Below, in pieces: positions 19,370-29,592 of a stretch of DNA of 64,000 nucleotides; the first letter of the stretch is position 1; each line of letters opens with the position of its first letter. Under the pieces are notes generated by a model that worked only from the letters and a program-made list of their open reading frames with translations, had not been told where the DNA came from and made no database searches. The DNA comes from an uncultured Actinomycetota bacterium (GTDB taxonomy: Bacteria; Actinomycetota; Actinomycetes; Streptosporangiales; Streptosporangiaceae), in NCBI GenBank assembly GCA_963805805.1, contig CAWDVS010000026.1, positions 187,333 to 251,332 of the forward strand, read 5' to 3'. The position numbers and the translations under genes were made by a program.

Positions 19370-20179
19370 TCAGCGCAGGATGAACCGCTCGACCGCGTGC
19401 GCGAAGCCCTCGTCCTCGTTGGAGCTCGTGACCCGGCGAGCGGCCCGCTTGACCTCGTCGCTGGCGTTGCCCATCGCGATCGACAGCCCGGAGTGCGCGA
19501 ACATCAGCACGTCGTTGGGCATGTCGCCGATCGTCGCGATGTCGTCCGTAGCGAGCTTGTACTTCGCGGCCAGGTACTGCGCGACCGCGCCCTTGTTGGC
19601 CTTGGGGTGGGTGACGTCCAGGTAGTACGGCTGCGACGCCGCAGCGGTCACGTGGTCGCCGAACTTGTCGTGCACGGCCTGGGTGGCGCGCTGCACCGCG
19701 TCGTGGTCGTCGCTGACGCCGACCAGCTTGGCCACGCTGCCGGTCAGCCCGCTGACCCCGTCCTTCATGATCTCGGGCTGGAACTTCACCGTCCACGCCT
19801 CGCGGTCGACGTGCGGCCCGTCCGCCGTCGGCACGTACCAGTCGGCGCCGCTGTACAGCCAGACGTCCAGTGTGAAGGAGCCCATCATGTCCGTCACCGG
19901 GACCACCAGGTCTTCGGGCAGCACCCGCTGCTCGATGACGGACATGTCGGGGTTGACGATCACGCCGCCGTTGAACCCGGCGATCGGCAGCCGGATATCG
20001 AGCGGCTCGGTGAGCATGGCCATCCCGCGCGGCGGCCTGCCGCTGGTGACCGCGAACATGACCCCGGCGTCGTGCAGCTTGTGCACCGCGTCGATGGCCC
20101 GCGGCGTCAGCTCCTTCTGCTGGGTCACGAGCGTGCCGTCGACGTCGGCCAGCAGCAGTTTCACGGCCGGGCTGGCCAT
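19370..20179 (-). CDS. Cof-type HAD-IIB family hydrolase
   Basis: It has LLLADVDGTL (motif I), VTSGRP (motif II) and GDMPNDVLMF (motif IV). The ATG overlaps the upstream stop (TGATG). Confidence 0.8.
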   Translation of the reverse strand: MASPAVKLLLADVDGTLVTQQKELTPRAIDAVHKLHDAGVMFAVTSGRPPRGMAMLTEPLDIRLPIAGFNGGVIVNPDMSVIEQRVLPEDLVVPVTDMMGSFTLDVWLYSGADWYVPTADGPHVDREAWTVKFQPEIMKDGVSGLTGSVAKLVGVSDDHDAVQRATQAVHDKFGDHVTAAASQPYYLDVTHPKANKGAVAQYLAAKYKLATDDIATIGDMPNDVLMFAHSGLSIAMGNASDEVKRAARRVTSSNEDEGFAHAVERFILR

Positions 20180-21102
20180 CAGTGCACCCCCGCGGGCTCG
20201 GCGCCCTGATAGGCGTCGATGACGTCCCGGTAGCGCTGTGCGATCCGGTTTACCGCCTCCGTCCGGCTCGCCGTCCCGGCCAGGAAGTCCTTCAGCGCGT
20301 CCTGCCACAGGGTGCGGCCGACGGCGAACCCGTCGAACCCGTCGACGGAGGCGCCGATCTTGACCCACTCGATGACCTGGGCCTCGTCCGCGCCCCGGCC
20401 GAGGACGATGCACGGTACCCCGTCCCGGCCGCCGGACCGGGCCTGGGCCACGACGGCCTCGCACGCGGCCCGGTCATCCAGGCCCTCGATCTTCCAGACG
20501 TCCGGTTCCACGTCGGCTTCCTGCATCGCCTTGATGACGTCGACGACCAGCGAAGGCCGCAGTTCCCGGTCGTAGTCGCGCTGGTGGCCCTCGAACCGGT
20601 CGAGCTGCGCGGTCGTGGCGGGCACCAGCAGCTCGAACAGGAACTTCCGGTCATGCTTGCGCAGCCAGCGGCTGAGCGTGCCCAGCTGCGCCGTCTGCCG
20701 GCGGTTGACGGTCGGGTCGCCTTCCGGGTTGTACCGGACCAGCACCTTGGCGAACGTCGGGTCGAACTCCTCAATGTGCGCGCCGAAGTCCGCGCCGTAC
20801 TGAAACCCGAACTCGTCCTGGCCGGACTTCTCGACCGGCATGGCCAGCGGCACGCCCTCCTTGTTCGCCCGGCGGGCGACGCCGGCCCCGAACTCCTCGT
20901 CCACCAGCACGCCGCACGCGGTCGCGGGCGCGCCCGCCGCGAGGGCCTGCACATGCGCGTCGAAGATCAGTTCCTTGGCCGCCGTGATCTGGTCGTGCAC
21001 CTGCGCAGACACCGGCGGGGTGGCGCCGAACAGACCGTGCTCGAACGACCCGCGATGATCGAAGGCCATGAGGTACAGCGGCTTGTCGTACCCAAGTGGC
21101 AT
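20179..21102 (-). CDS. DUF2090 / 2-deoxy-5-keto-D-gluconate-6-phosphate aldolase-like protein
   Basis: The N-terminus MPLGYDKPLYLMAFDHRGSFEHGLFG and the overall length match stand-alone DUF2090 (IolC C-terminal-like) proteins. Confidence 0.55.
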   Translation of the reverse strand: MPLGYDKPLYLMAFDHRGSFEHGLFGATPPVSAQVHDQITAAKELIFDAHVQALAAGAPATACGVLVDEEFGAGVARRANKEGVPLAMPVEKSGQDEFGFQYGADFGAHIEEFDPTFAKVLVRYNPEGDPTVNRRQTAQLGTLSRWLRKHDRKFLFELLVPATTAQLDRFEGHQRDYDRELRPSLVVDVIKAMQEADVEPDVWKIEGLDDRAACEAVVAQARSGGRDGVPCIVLGRGADEAQVIEWVKIGASVDGFDGFAVGRTLWQDALKDFLAGTASRTEAVNRIAQRYRDVIDAYQGAEPAGVH

Positions 21103-21247
21103 GACGGTTCTCCTGAGACGGCACGTCAGCGGCAATCACCACAAGTGAGCATCCCGGGTAGCGACCGCACCCGGGGAGCACGGCGCGCGAAATCCAGTGG
21201 CCGCGTGCTGCCTTCTTCCCGCTGACGCGAGACCAAACCCGGCCGGG

Positions 21248-22444
21248 TCAGGGAACGGGGCTGAATTCCACCCGCAGTTCGCGCAGGGTGCGAGTGAAGT
21301 ATCCGGGCGCGAACCGCGGCCCTGTGCCCGCGGCCAGCCGGATGCCGGGGAGCCGGGCGAGCAGTTCCTCGAACAGCACCCGCAGTTCAAGCCGGGCGAG
21401 GTTCGCGCCCAGGCAGAAGTGCGTGCCGAAACCGAAGGCCACGTGGTGGTTGTGCGCGCGGGTGACGTCGAACCGGGCCGGCGCCTCGAACTCGCGGTCG
21501 TCGGAGTTGGCCGCGCCGTACATGAGCAGCACCTGGTCGCCCGCGCGCAGCGGCCGGCCGTGCAGTTCATGGTCGCGTGTCACGGTCCGGCGCATGTTCA
21601 GGACGGGCGTGGCGAACCGGATGAACTCCTCGACCGCGGTCGTGCGCAGCAGGCCCGGATCGGCCAGCAGGACCCGCCGCTGGTCGGGGAACCGGGCCAG
21701 GTTCCAGACCGTCTGCCCGATGACCGACCGGGTCGTCTCGGCGCCGCCGTCGAGCAGCAGCAGGCCCTCCTGGATCAGCTCCGGCAGGTCCAGCGGCTCG
21801 CCGTCGATGGTGCCGTGCACCCAGGCGGACACCAGGTCGTCCCGCGGGTCGGCCCGGCGGGCCGCCGCGAGCTCGCAGAAGGCCGCGACGAATTCCGCGA
21901 CCGCCTCCGCCGACCCGGCCGGCTGGCGCGGGTCGTCGTTGCGGAAACCGGCCGAGCTCATCGTCAGTTCCGACCACTCCCGGCACTTGGGCCAGAGCGC
22001 CGGATCGAATCCGAGCAGCTCGCCGATGACCATCGCCGGCAGCGGGGCGGCGAGAGCCTCGACCACGTCGACGGTCCCCTTCTCGGCCGCCGCCGCGACC
22101 AGCCCGCGGGCGAGGACGCGGATCCGGTCCTCGTGCCGGCGGACCGCGCGCGGGGAGAACCGCCGGGAGACCAGCTTGCGCTGCTGCTGGTGGCGCGGGT
22201 CGTCCCGGTTGATCATCGACGCGGTCATCTCGATGAGCGGCCGGCTGCCGCGGGCCGAGCTGTACCGGGCGGGGTCGCGCTCGATCGCCAGCACGTCCCG
22301 GTGCCGGGACACCGCCCAGATCTCGTTGACCGGATCCCAGTAGACGGGCGCCGCGTCCCGCAGCCACTGGTAGGCGGGGTACGGGTCGCCGGCGTACAGG
22401 ACCGGGTCGAGAACGTTGAGCTGCGCGCCGACGGTAGCGGTCAT
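21248..22444 (-). CDS. cytochrome P450
   Basis: It has the heme-binding loop FGFGTHFCLGANLA, an EEFIR (ExxR) motif and an I-helix LLLLDGGAETT. Confidence 0.9.
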   Translation of the reverse strand: MTATVGAQLNVLDPVLYAGDPYPAYQWLRDAAPVYWDPVNEIWAVSRHRDVLAIERDPARYSSARGSRPLIEMTASMINRDDPRHQQQRKLVSRRFSPRAVRRHEDRIRVLARGLVAAAAEKGTVDVVEALAAPLPAMVIGELLGFDPALWPKCREWSELTMSSAGFRNDDPRQPAGSAEAVAEFVAAFCELAAARRADPRDDLVSAWVHGTIDGEPLDLPELIQEGLLLLDGGAETTRSVIGQTVWNLARFPDQRRVLLADPGLLRTTAVEEFIRFATPVLNMRRTVTRDHELHGRPLRAGDQVLLMYGAANSDDREFEAPARFDVTRAHNHHVAFGFGTHFCLGANLARLELRVLFEELLARLPGIRLAAGTGPRFAPGYFTRTLRELRVEFSPVP

Positions 22445-22515
22445 GGATGCGGGCTCCGCTGCGGGATGTCTATCCGGCGATTTTTGCCGATCTTAGGACA
22501 CCGGGCCGGGCCCGG

Positions 22516-23781
22516 CTAGCGGCAGATTCTCAGCCAGTTTCGCTGGGCGCGGGCGCGGCCGGCCCCGGTGTCCGCGGTGCTGGCGGCGGTGTCCCGGCCC
22601 GCCGCCCTCGGTGCCCGCGGCCGGACGGCGCCGGCGAAGACCGCCGTCAGGCCGGTGATCACGACAAGCGTGCCCAGTGCGGACGGCAGGCCGACCGCTT
22701 CGGCCAGCCCGCCGATGAGGGCCGGCCCGGCGAGCATGCCCAGGTATCCGGTCGAGGTGACCAGCGCCAGGTTCGGGCCCGGCGTCCCGATCCGGGCCGC
22801 GGCGGTGAAGACGCTGGGCACGATCACGGACAAGCCGACGCCGAGCAGCGCGAAGCCGGCCAGTCCCGCGCCCACCCGCCCGGCGAGCAGGGCGGCCAGG
22901 AAGCTCACCGACGCGATCCCGGCGCAGCCGCGCACCAGCCGCGCCGGGCCGACCCGGTCGGTGAGCCGGTCGCCCGCCAGCCGGCCGGCCACCATGGCGA
23001 CGGAGAAGACGGTGTACCCGACCGCCGCGAGACCGGGCGCAGCGCCGAGCGAGCTGTGCAGGTACACGGCGCTCCAGTCGCTGGCGGCCCCTTCGGCGAG
23101 GAAGCTGCCGAACGCGATCAGCGCCAGGCACGCGAGCGGCCACGACCAGGCCGGCCACCGGCTCTGGCGCTGGTGCGGAATCCCAGATCCCGCGTGCCCG
23201 GCCGGGCGCGACGCGAACAACTGCGCGCACGCGATGCCGATGCCGAGAATGAGTGCCGACGCGATCGTGAAGTTGGCCCGCGCGGACAGCGCCGTGGCCG
23301 CCGCGACCGCCCCGGCTCCGGCGCCCGCGAGACCGCCGACGCTGTAGGCCGCGTGGAAGCTGGACATCGTGGTGCGGCCGAGGTGCTCCTGCACGGCGGC
23401 GGCCTCGGTGTTCATCGCGACGTCCATCGTGCCGATGCCCGCGCCCCAGCCCGCCAGCACCGCGAACAGCTGCCAGGCCGACCCGGCGAACGTGGTCAGC
23501 GGCAGCATCACGCTGATCGCCAGCACGCCGATCTGGACCAGCCGCCGCGGCGAGACGCTGGCCAGCAGCGCGCCCGTGACCGGCATCGTCAGCATCGAGC
23601 CGATCGCCGGACCGAGCAGGACAAGCCCGAGCGTCCCGGCCGACAGGTGCAGCCCGGCCTTGATCGCGGGGATGCGCGCCGCCCACGTGCCCGTGGTCGC
23701 GCCGAGCGCGAAGAAGACCGCGACGACGGCGGCCCGCGGCGCGACGGTGCGGCCGGGCGGATCGAGGCGCGCTTCAGGCAC
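22516..23781 (-). CDS. MFS transporter
   Basis: The 421-aa protein has about 12 hydrophobic segments. It overlaps the DeoR stop by 8 nt. Confidence 0.8.
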   Translation of the reverse strand: MPEARLDPPGRTVAPRAAVVAVFFALGATTGTWAARIPAIKAGLHLSAGTLGLVLLGPAIGSMLTMPVTGALLASVSPRRLVQIGVLAISVMLPLTTFAGSAWQLFAVLAGWGAGIGTMDVAMNTEAAAVQEHLGRTTMSSFHAAYSVGGLAGAGAGAVAAATALSARANFTIASALILGIGIACAQLFASRPAGHAGSGIPHQRQSRWPAWSWPLACLALIAFGSFLAEGAASDWSAVYLHSSLGAAPGLAAVGYTVFSVAMVAGRLAGDRLTDRVGPARLVRGCAGIASVSFLAALLAGRVGAGLAGFALLGVGLSVIVPSVFTAAARIGTPGPNLALVTSTGYLGMLAGPALIGGLAEAVGLPSALGTLVVITGLTAVFAGAVRPRAPRAAGRDTAASTADTGAGRARAQRNWLRICR

Positions 23782-24526
23782 GGGTCACCGCGAGGCCGTC
23801 CGCCTCCAGTTCGGCCGTTGCTTCGGGCGCTGCGTCCGTGACCAGGCACTCGACCGCGTCCAGCCCGCAGACGTGGCCGAACGTGACGACGCCGAGCTTG
23901 GACTCGTCCGCGATCACGACGGTCCGGCGGGCGGATCGCACCGCGGCCCGCTGCACCCTGGCGTCGGCCGGCAGGTGGGTCGTGACGCCATCCCGGCCGT
24001 CGATGCCGCAGCAGCCGAGCACGAACGTGTCGAACCGCAGCCGCTCGAACGCGACCTCGGCCAGGTCGCCGGTCACCGACAGCTCGCCGGGCCGGACCTC
24101 GCCGCCGGCCGCGATCAGCCGCACGGCGGGATCGTCGGCCAGCTCCAGCTGGGCGCGCAGGCCCAGGGACAGCACGGTGACGGACCGGCCGCGCAGCGCG
24201 CGCGCTACCTCCAGCGCCGTCGTTCCGCCGCCCAGGATCACCGTCTCGCCGTCTTCGATTAGCCCGGCCGCAGCCCGGCCGATCCGCTGCTTGGCGTCGG
24301 TCCCGGCTAGCGCGCGCAGCGCGTACGGCGGCTCGTCCATGCGCAGCAGCACCCGGACGGCCCCGCCGTGCACCCGCCGGACGGCGCCGTCGCGGGACAG
24401 CGCGTCCAGGTCGCGCCGGATGGTCATCTCCGAGCAGCCGAGGTCCTCAGCTAGCCGCCGGACCTGGATCTCGCCGTCCCGCTGCATCGCCTCGATCACG
24501 GCCTGGCGTCGTTCCCGCACATCCAC
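23774..24526 (-). CDS. DeoR/GlpR family transcriptional regulator
   Basis: It has an HTH (IQVRRLAEDLGCSEMTIRRDLDAL) plus a sugar-binding DeoR C-terminal domain. A GTG start is chosen, and a TTG at 24580 is also possible. Confidence 0.8.
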   Translation of the reverse strand: MDVRERRQAVIEAMQRDGEIQVRRLAEDLGCSEMTIRRDLDALSRDGAVRRVHGGAVRVLLRMDEPPYALRALAGTDAKQRIGRAAAGLIEDGETVILGGGTTALEVARALRGRSVTVLSLGLRAQLELADDPAVRLIAAGGEVRPGELSVTGDLAEVAFERLRFDTFVLGCCGIDGRDGVTTHLPADARVQRAAVRSARRTVVIADESKLGVVTFGHVCGLDAVECLVTDAAPEATAELEADGLAVTRA

Positions 24527-24607
24527 GCCGTCAGTTCTAACACATTCGGTGTTCGTTCGAACAGTCCGCGCGGGCGCCAATAGCCGCGCTACATCGCGCG
24601 TGAGGTC

Positions 24608-26065
24608 TCAGCCTGAGGTCGGCAGGTGCCACCGGAAGGGCTCGATGAGCTCGCTCACCGAGTCCGGGCCCCAGGAGCCCGGCGCGTACGGCTCGACCGG
24701 CGGCGGGTTCTGCAGCAGCGGCTCGGAGATCTCCCACAGCCGCTCGATGCCGGCCGATGAGGTGAACAGCGACTGGTCGCCGACCATCGCGTCCAGGATC
24801 AGCCGCTCGTAGCCCTCCAGCGCGTTCGCGGACGCGAACGAGTCGGAGTACTTGAACACCATGCTCGCGTCGCTCAGCGTCATCTCCGCGCCCGGCTCCT
24901 TGGCCAGGAACTTGGTCGAGATCGAGCCCGGGTCGGCGAAGTCGATGACGATCTCGTTCCGGCGGCCGTGCTGGACGCTCTTGCGGCGCGCCGTGAACAT
25001 CCGCAGCGGCGGCTCGTGGAAGCCGAGGGTGATCACCTGGCGGCCGGCCGCCAGTGCCTTGCCGGAGCGCAGGAAGAACGGCACCCCGTGCCAGCGCCAG
25101 TTGTCGACGTCGGCGCGCACGGCGACCATCGTCTCGGTCTGCGAGTCGGCCGCGACCCCGTCTTCTTTGCGGTAGCCCTCGTACTGACCGCGCACGACGT
25201 GCTTGACGTCGATCGGCTTGAGCGCGTCGAAGACCTTCTTCTTCTCGGCTCGCAACTGGTCGGCGGACAGCGCGGTCGGCGGCTCCATGGCCACGAACGC
25301 GAGCACCTGGAACAGGTGCGTCACGACCATGTCCCGGTAGGCGCCGGTCTTGTCATAGAACTCGGCCCGGCCGGCGATCGTCAGCGTCTCCGGCACGTCG
25401 ATCTCGACGTACCGGATGTGCTGCCGGTTCCACACGGGCTCGAACAAGCCGTTGGCGAACCGGAAGGCCAGGATGTTGTCGACGGACTCCTTGCCGAGGA
25501 AGTGGTCGATCCGGAAGATCTGCGACTCGTCGAAGACCGCTTGGACGGCCTTGTTGAGCTCGCGCGCGGACTCCAGGTCGGACCCGAACGGCTTCTCGAT
25601 GATCACCCTGGACCTATCGGTGGCCAGCCCGGACTCACCGAGCAGTCCGACGACCGAGGCGAAAGCCGCGGGCGGTATGGCCAGGTGGAACAGCCGTCGC
25701 GGGGAGCCGCCGATCTCTTTCTCCGCCTGCTTGATCGCCTCGACGAGCGGGGCGTAGTCGTCGGTGTCGGACGTGGCGAACGACAGGTGCTTGGAGAATT
25801 CTGCCCACGGCTCGCCGACTGGCTTGCTGATGCAGAAGTCCTGGCAGGCCTGCTTCGCGTGCGCCTGGAATTCCTCGTTGCTGATCGCGTACTTGGCCGG
25901 CGAGGTGCCGATGATGCGGAACTTGTGCGGCAGCAGCCCGGCCACGGCGAGGTGGAACAGGCCCGGCAGCAGCTTGCGCTTGGCCAGGTCACCGGTCGCG
26001 CCGAACAAGACGATGACGTGGTCGCCGGGGTGCTGCGACATGCCGTGCAAGTGCTCGGTCGTCAT
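24608..26065 (-). CDS. zwf: glucose-6-phosphate dehydrogenase
   Basis: It has the dinucleotide fold VLFGATGDLAKRKL and the active-site motif RIDHFLGKE. Confidence 0.9.
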   Translation of the reverse strand: MTTEHLHGMSQHPGDHVIVLFGATGDLAKRKLLPGLFHLAVAGLLPHKFRIIGTSPAKYAISNEEFQAHAKQACQDFCISKPVGEPWAEFSKHLSFATSDTDDYAPLVEAIKQAEKEIGGSPRRLFHLAIPPAAFASVVGLLGESGLATDRSRVIIEKPFGSDLESARELNKAVQAVFDESQIFRIDHFLGKESVDNILAFRFANGLFEPVWNRQHIRYVEIDVPETLTIAGRAEFYDKTGAYRDMVVTHLFQVLAFVAMEPPTALSADQLRAEKKKVFDALKPIDVKHVVRGQYEGYRKEDGVAADSQTETMVAVRADVDNWRWHGVPFFLRSGKALAAGRQVITLGFHEPPLRMFTARRKSVQHGRRNEIVIDFADPGSISTKFLAKEPGAEMTLSDASMVFKYSDSFASANALEGYERLILDAMVGDQSLFTSSAGIERLWEISEPLLQNPPPVEPYAPGSWGPDSVSELIEPFRWHLPTSG

Positions 26066-26098
26066 GGTGAGGTCCTCCAGGGTCGGAACACAGCCGGC

Positions 26099-26765
26099 TC
26101 AGGCCTGCCCGGCCGCCGCCGCGTCGGCGAGCACGAGAGAGCGGGTCGCAAGTACCCGGCCGGCGGGGATCGACTCGTCGCCGGCCAGCAGCTTGGCCAG
26201 CGCGTCCCGCTTGTCGTCGCCCGCGATCAGCCACATGATCTGGTCGGCTCTGGTCAGCGCCGGGTAGGTGAGCGTCATCCGCTGGTGGCCCTGGTACGGC
26301 TGGGTCACCGCGACTAGCGCGTCGGTGACGTCCAGCACCGGATCGCCGGGGACGAGCGAGGCGGTGTGCCCGTCCGGGCCCAGGCCGAGGTGCATCAGGT
26401 CGAATCGCTGCGGCAGCACGGTGGCGTAGGCCGCGGCCGCTTCGGCCAGGTCGGCGTCGGTGACCGGCATCGGGTGCACGCGCGCGGGCGCGGCCTTGAT
26501 GCTCGCCTGCAGGTTCGTCAGGTTGCGGTCCGGGTCGCCGTCCGGGCGCGACCCGCTCATCTACCTGGAACAGCTCGGTGTCCGCCCACGGCATGTCCTC
26601 GCCGCCGAGCTCGCCGAACATCGCCCATGGCGTCTTGCCGCCGCTGACGGCGAAGGTGAACCGGCCGCGCTCGGCCACCGCGGCGCGGGCGAGCCCGGCG
26701 ACGAGTACCGCCGCTCGCCTGGCCACCGCGGCGGCGTCGGGCGATACCTCCAGCTCGTGCTCCAC
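26099..26765 (-). pseudogene. pgl: 6-phosphogluconolactonase, frame-disrupted near 26544
   Basis: The N-terminus (RFTFAVSGGKTPWAMF...FQVDERVAP) and the C-terminus (DGDPDRNLTNL...HLGLGPDGHTASLVPGDP...) are in different frames. They join if one base is removed at CCC-G-GAC. Confidence 0.75.
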
Positions 26766-26769
26766 GTGC

Positions 26770-27804
26770 TCAGGCCTTCTTTTCCGCGTGCCCGCCGAAT
26801 TCCGAGCGCATCGCGGACAGCACCTTGTCGGTGAAGTCGCCGAGCCCGCGGGACTCGAACCGCTCGTACAGCGCGGCGGTGATGATCGACGCCGGCACAC
26901 CCTCCTCGACAGCGGCCAGTACCGTCCAGCGGCCCTCGCCGGAGTCGGACACCCGGCCCGCGAAGTTATCCAGGTTGGGATCCTTGGCGAACGCGTCGGC
27001 GATCAAGTCGATGAGCCAGGAACCGATCACCGAGCCCCGGCGCCAGACCTCGGCCACGTCGGCGACGTTGATGTCGTACTGGTAGGCCTCCGGGTCGCGC
27101 AGCGGTGCGGTCTCCGCGTCGGACTCCTCCTGCTCGTGCAGGCCTGCGTCGGCGTGCTTGATGATGCTCAGCCCCTCGCCGATCGCGGCCATCATGCCGT
27201 ACTCGATGCCGTTGTGGACCATCTTGACGAAGTGCCCGGCGCCGTTCGGTCCGCAGTGCAGGTAGCCGTGCACGGCGGTGGTGTCTTTCGCGGACCGGCC
27301 CGGCGTCGGCTCCGCGCTGCCCTCGCCCGGCGCGATCGTCTTGAAGATCGGGTCCAGGTGCTCCACCGGGCCCTGCTCGCCGCCGATCATCAGGCAGTAG
27401 CCGCGGTCCAGGCCCCACACGCCGCCGCTGGTGCCGCAGTCCACGTAGTGGATCCCGGCCGACTTGAGCTGCTTGGCCCGGTCGATGTCGTCGCGGTAGT
27501 AGGAGTTGCCGCCGTCGATCACGATGTCGCCCTCGGCCAGCAGCGGGCGCAGCTGGTCGATCGTGGCCTGCACGACGCCGGCCGGCACCATGATCCAGAT
27601 GGCCCGCGGCTGCTCCAGCTTCGCGACGAAGTCCGCAAGGCTGCTCGCGCCGGTGGCGCCATCGGACTCCAGCTGCTGCACCGCGTCGGCACTGCGGTCG
27701 TAGGCGACGCACCGATGGCCGTCGCGCATCAGGCGGCGCACGAGGTTGGCGCCCATCCGGCCGAGCCCGATCATGCCGAGCTGCATCGGCTTGTCAGTTG
27801 CCAT
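26770..27804 (-). CDS. gnd: 6-phosphogluconate dehydrogenase (decarboxylating), short Gnd/YqeC-like form
   Basis: The sequence MQLGMIGLGRMGANLVRRL...IDGGNSYYRDD...CGTSGGVWG matches the short form. Confidence 0.85.
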   Translation of the reverse strand: MATDKPMQLGMIGLGRMGANLVRRLMRDGHRCVAYDRSADAVQQLESDGATGASSLADFVAKLEQPRAIWIMVPAGVVQATIDQLRPLLAEGDIVIDGGNSYYRDDIDRAKQLKSAGIHYVDCGTSGGVWGLDRGYCLMIGGEQGPVEHLDPIFKTIAPGEGSAEPTPGRSAKDTTAVHGYLHCGPNGAGHFVKMVHNGIEYGMMAAIGEGLSIIKHADAGLHEQEESDAETAPLRDPEAYQYDINVADVAEVWRRGSVIGSWLIDLIADAFAKDPNLDNFAGRVSDSGEGRWTVLAAVEEGVPASIITAALYERFESRGLGDFTDKVLSAMRSEFGGHAEKKA

Positions 27805-27825
27805 TGTTCAGCCTTCCGTTGGTTG

Positions 27826-29454
27826 TCAGCCGCGCTTGAGTGACCGGTACCGGCGGATCAGCGCGTTGGTCGACGAGTCGTGGCTGAGCTCCGGCTCATC
27901 CGCGCTCTCCAGCTCCGGCGCGATCTGGTTGGCCAGGGCCTTGCCAAGCTCCACGCCCCACTGGTCGAAGGAGTCAATGTCCCAGATGGCCCCCTGGGTA
28001 AACACGCTGTGCTCGTAGAGCGCGACCAGCGTGCCGAGCAGCCGCGGGGTGAGGATCTGTGCCAGCAGCACGTTCGTCGGCCGGTTGCCCTCCATGACCC
28101 GGTGCGGCACCACGTGCTCGGCCGTCCCCTCGGCCCGTACCTCCGCCTCGGTCTTGCCGAAGGCCAGCGCCTGCGCCTGGGCGAACACGTTCGAGGACAG
28201 GATGTCGTGGTGGTTGCGCAGCGGGTTCAGTGACTGGCCGAATCCGATCAGGTCGACCGGGATCAGCTTGGTGCCCTGATGCAGCAGCTGGTAGAAGCTG
28301 TGCTGGCCGTTTGTGCCGGGCTCGCCCCAGTACACCGCGCCGGTCTGGTAGTCGACGTGCTGCCCTTCGAGCGTGACGTGCTTGCCGTTCGACTCCATCG
28401 TGAGCTGCTGGAGATAGGCGGGAAACCGCTTCAGGTACTGGTCATATGGCATGACGCCGATTGATTGCGCGTCGAAGAATTCCCCGTACCAGAAGGAAAG
28501 CAGTCCGAGGAGTACCGGCACGTTCCGGTCAAGGGGAGTGGTCCGGAAGTGCTCGTCCATGTCGTGGAACCCGGCCAGCAGCTCGGTAAAGTTCTCCGGG
28601 CCGATCGCCAGCATGGTGGACAGGCCGATCGCCGAGTCCATCGAGTACCGCCCGCCGACCCAGTCCCAGAAGCCGAACATGTTGGCCGTGTCGATGCCGA
28701 ACGCCGCGACCTTCTCGGCGTTGGTGGACACGGCGACGAAGTGCTTGGCCACGGCGTCCTCGGTGCCGAGCTGGCCGACTACCCAGTCGCGGGCCGAGGT
28801 GGCGTTGGTGAGCGTCTCCAGCGTGCCGAACGTTTTCGACGACACGATGAACAGCGTCTCGTCGGCCTGCAGGTCCCTGGTCGCCTCGACGAAGTCGGTG
28901 GAGTCGACGTTTGAGACGAAGCGGAACGTCAGGTCGCGGGCCGAGTAGTGGCGCAGCGCCTCGTACGCCATCACCGGGCCGAGGTCGGAGCCGCCGATGC
29001 CGATGTTGACCACGTTGCGGATGCGCTTGCCGGTGTGCCCGGTCCACTGACCGCTGCGGACCCGGTTGGCGAAGTCGGTCATCCGGTCGAGCACGTCATG
29101 CACCTCGCGTACGACGTCCGTCCCATCCACGACCAGCGACGCGCTGGCTGGCATCCGCAGCGCGACATGCAGGACCGCGCGGTCTTCCGACACGTTGATG
29201 TGCTCGCCGCGGAACATGGCGTCGCGGTGCTGCGGCACGCCCGATTCTGCCGCCAGGTCGACGAGCAGCCGGATTGTCTCTTCGGTGATCCGGTTCTTGG
29301 AATAGTCGAGGTAAAGGCCGGGCGCCTCGGCCGTCAGCCGTGCGCCGCGGCCGGGGTCCGCTGCGAACAGGTCACGCAGGTGACGATCGCCAATCTCCGC
29401 GTGATGGCGCCGGAGCGCCTGCCACGCCTTCCGGTCCCGAAGCGGCACGGCCAT
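27826..29454 (-). CDS. pgi: glucose-6-phosphate isomerase
   Basis: The 542-aa protein has [20 protein letters not shown] and other PGI signature regions. Confidence 0.9.
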   Translation of the reverse strand: MAVPLRDRKAWQALRRHHAEIGDRHLRDLFAADPGRGARLTAEAPGLYLDYSKNRITEETIRLLVDLAAESGVPQHRDAMFRGEHINVSEDRAVLHVALRMPASASLVVDGTDVVREVHDVLDRMTDFANRVRSGQWTGHTGKRIRNVVNIGIGGSDLGPVMAYEALRHYSARDLTFRFVSNVDSTDFVEATRDLQADETLFIVSSKTFGTLETLTNATSARDWVVGQLGTEDAVAKHFVAVSTNAEKVAAFGIDTANMFGFWDWVGGRYSMDSAIGLSTMLAIGPENFTELLAGFHDMDEHFRTTPLDRNVPVLLGLLSFWYGEFFDAQSIGVMPYDQYLKRFPAYLQQLTMESNGKHVTLEGQHVDYQTGAVYWGEPGTNGQHSFYQLLHQGTKLIPVDLIGFGQSLNPLRNHHDILSSNVFAQAQALAFGKTEAEVRAEGTAEHVVPHRVMEGNRPTNVLLAQILTPRLLGTLVALYEHSVFTQGAIWDIDSFDQWGVELGKALANQIAPELESADEPELSHDSSTNALIRRYRSLKRG

Positions 29455-29592
29455 GTGTCGTCTCCCTCATAGGTAGGCCGGTCCTATCCCAGCACGGCAG
29501 TCTGGCGGGTCGGCGCGCGGCCCGCCGGGGCCAAGTTCCCCGCTTGATGCTCCCAGCTGAAGGGGATACTCCCACGGTTGATTTGCTAGTTG

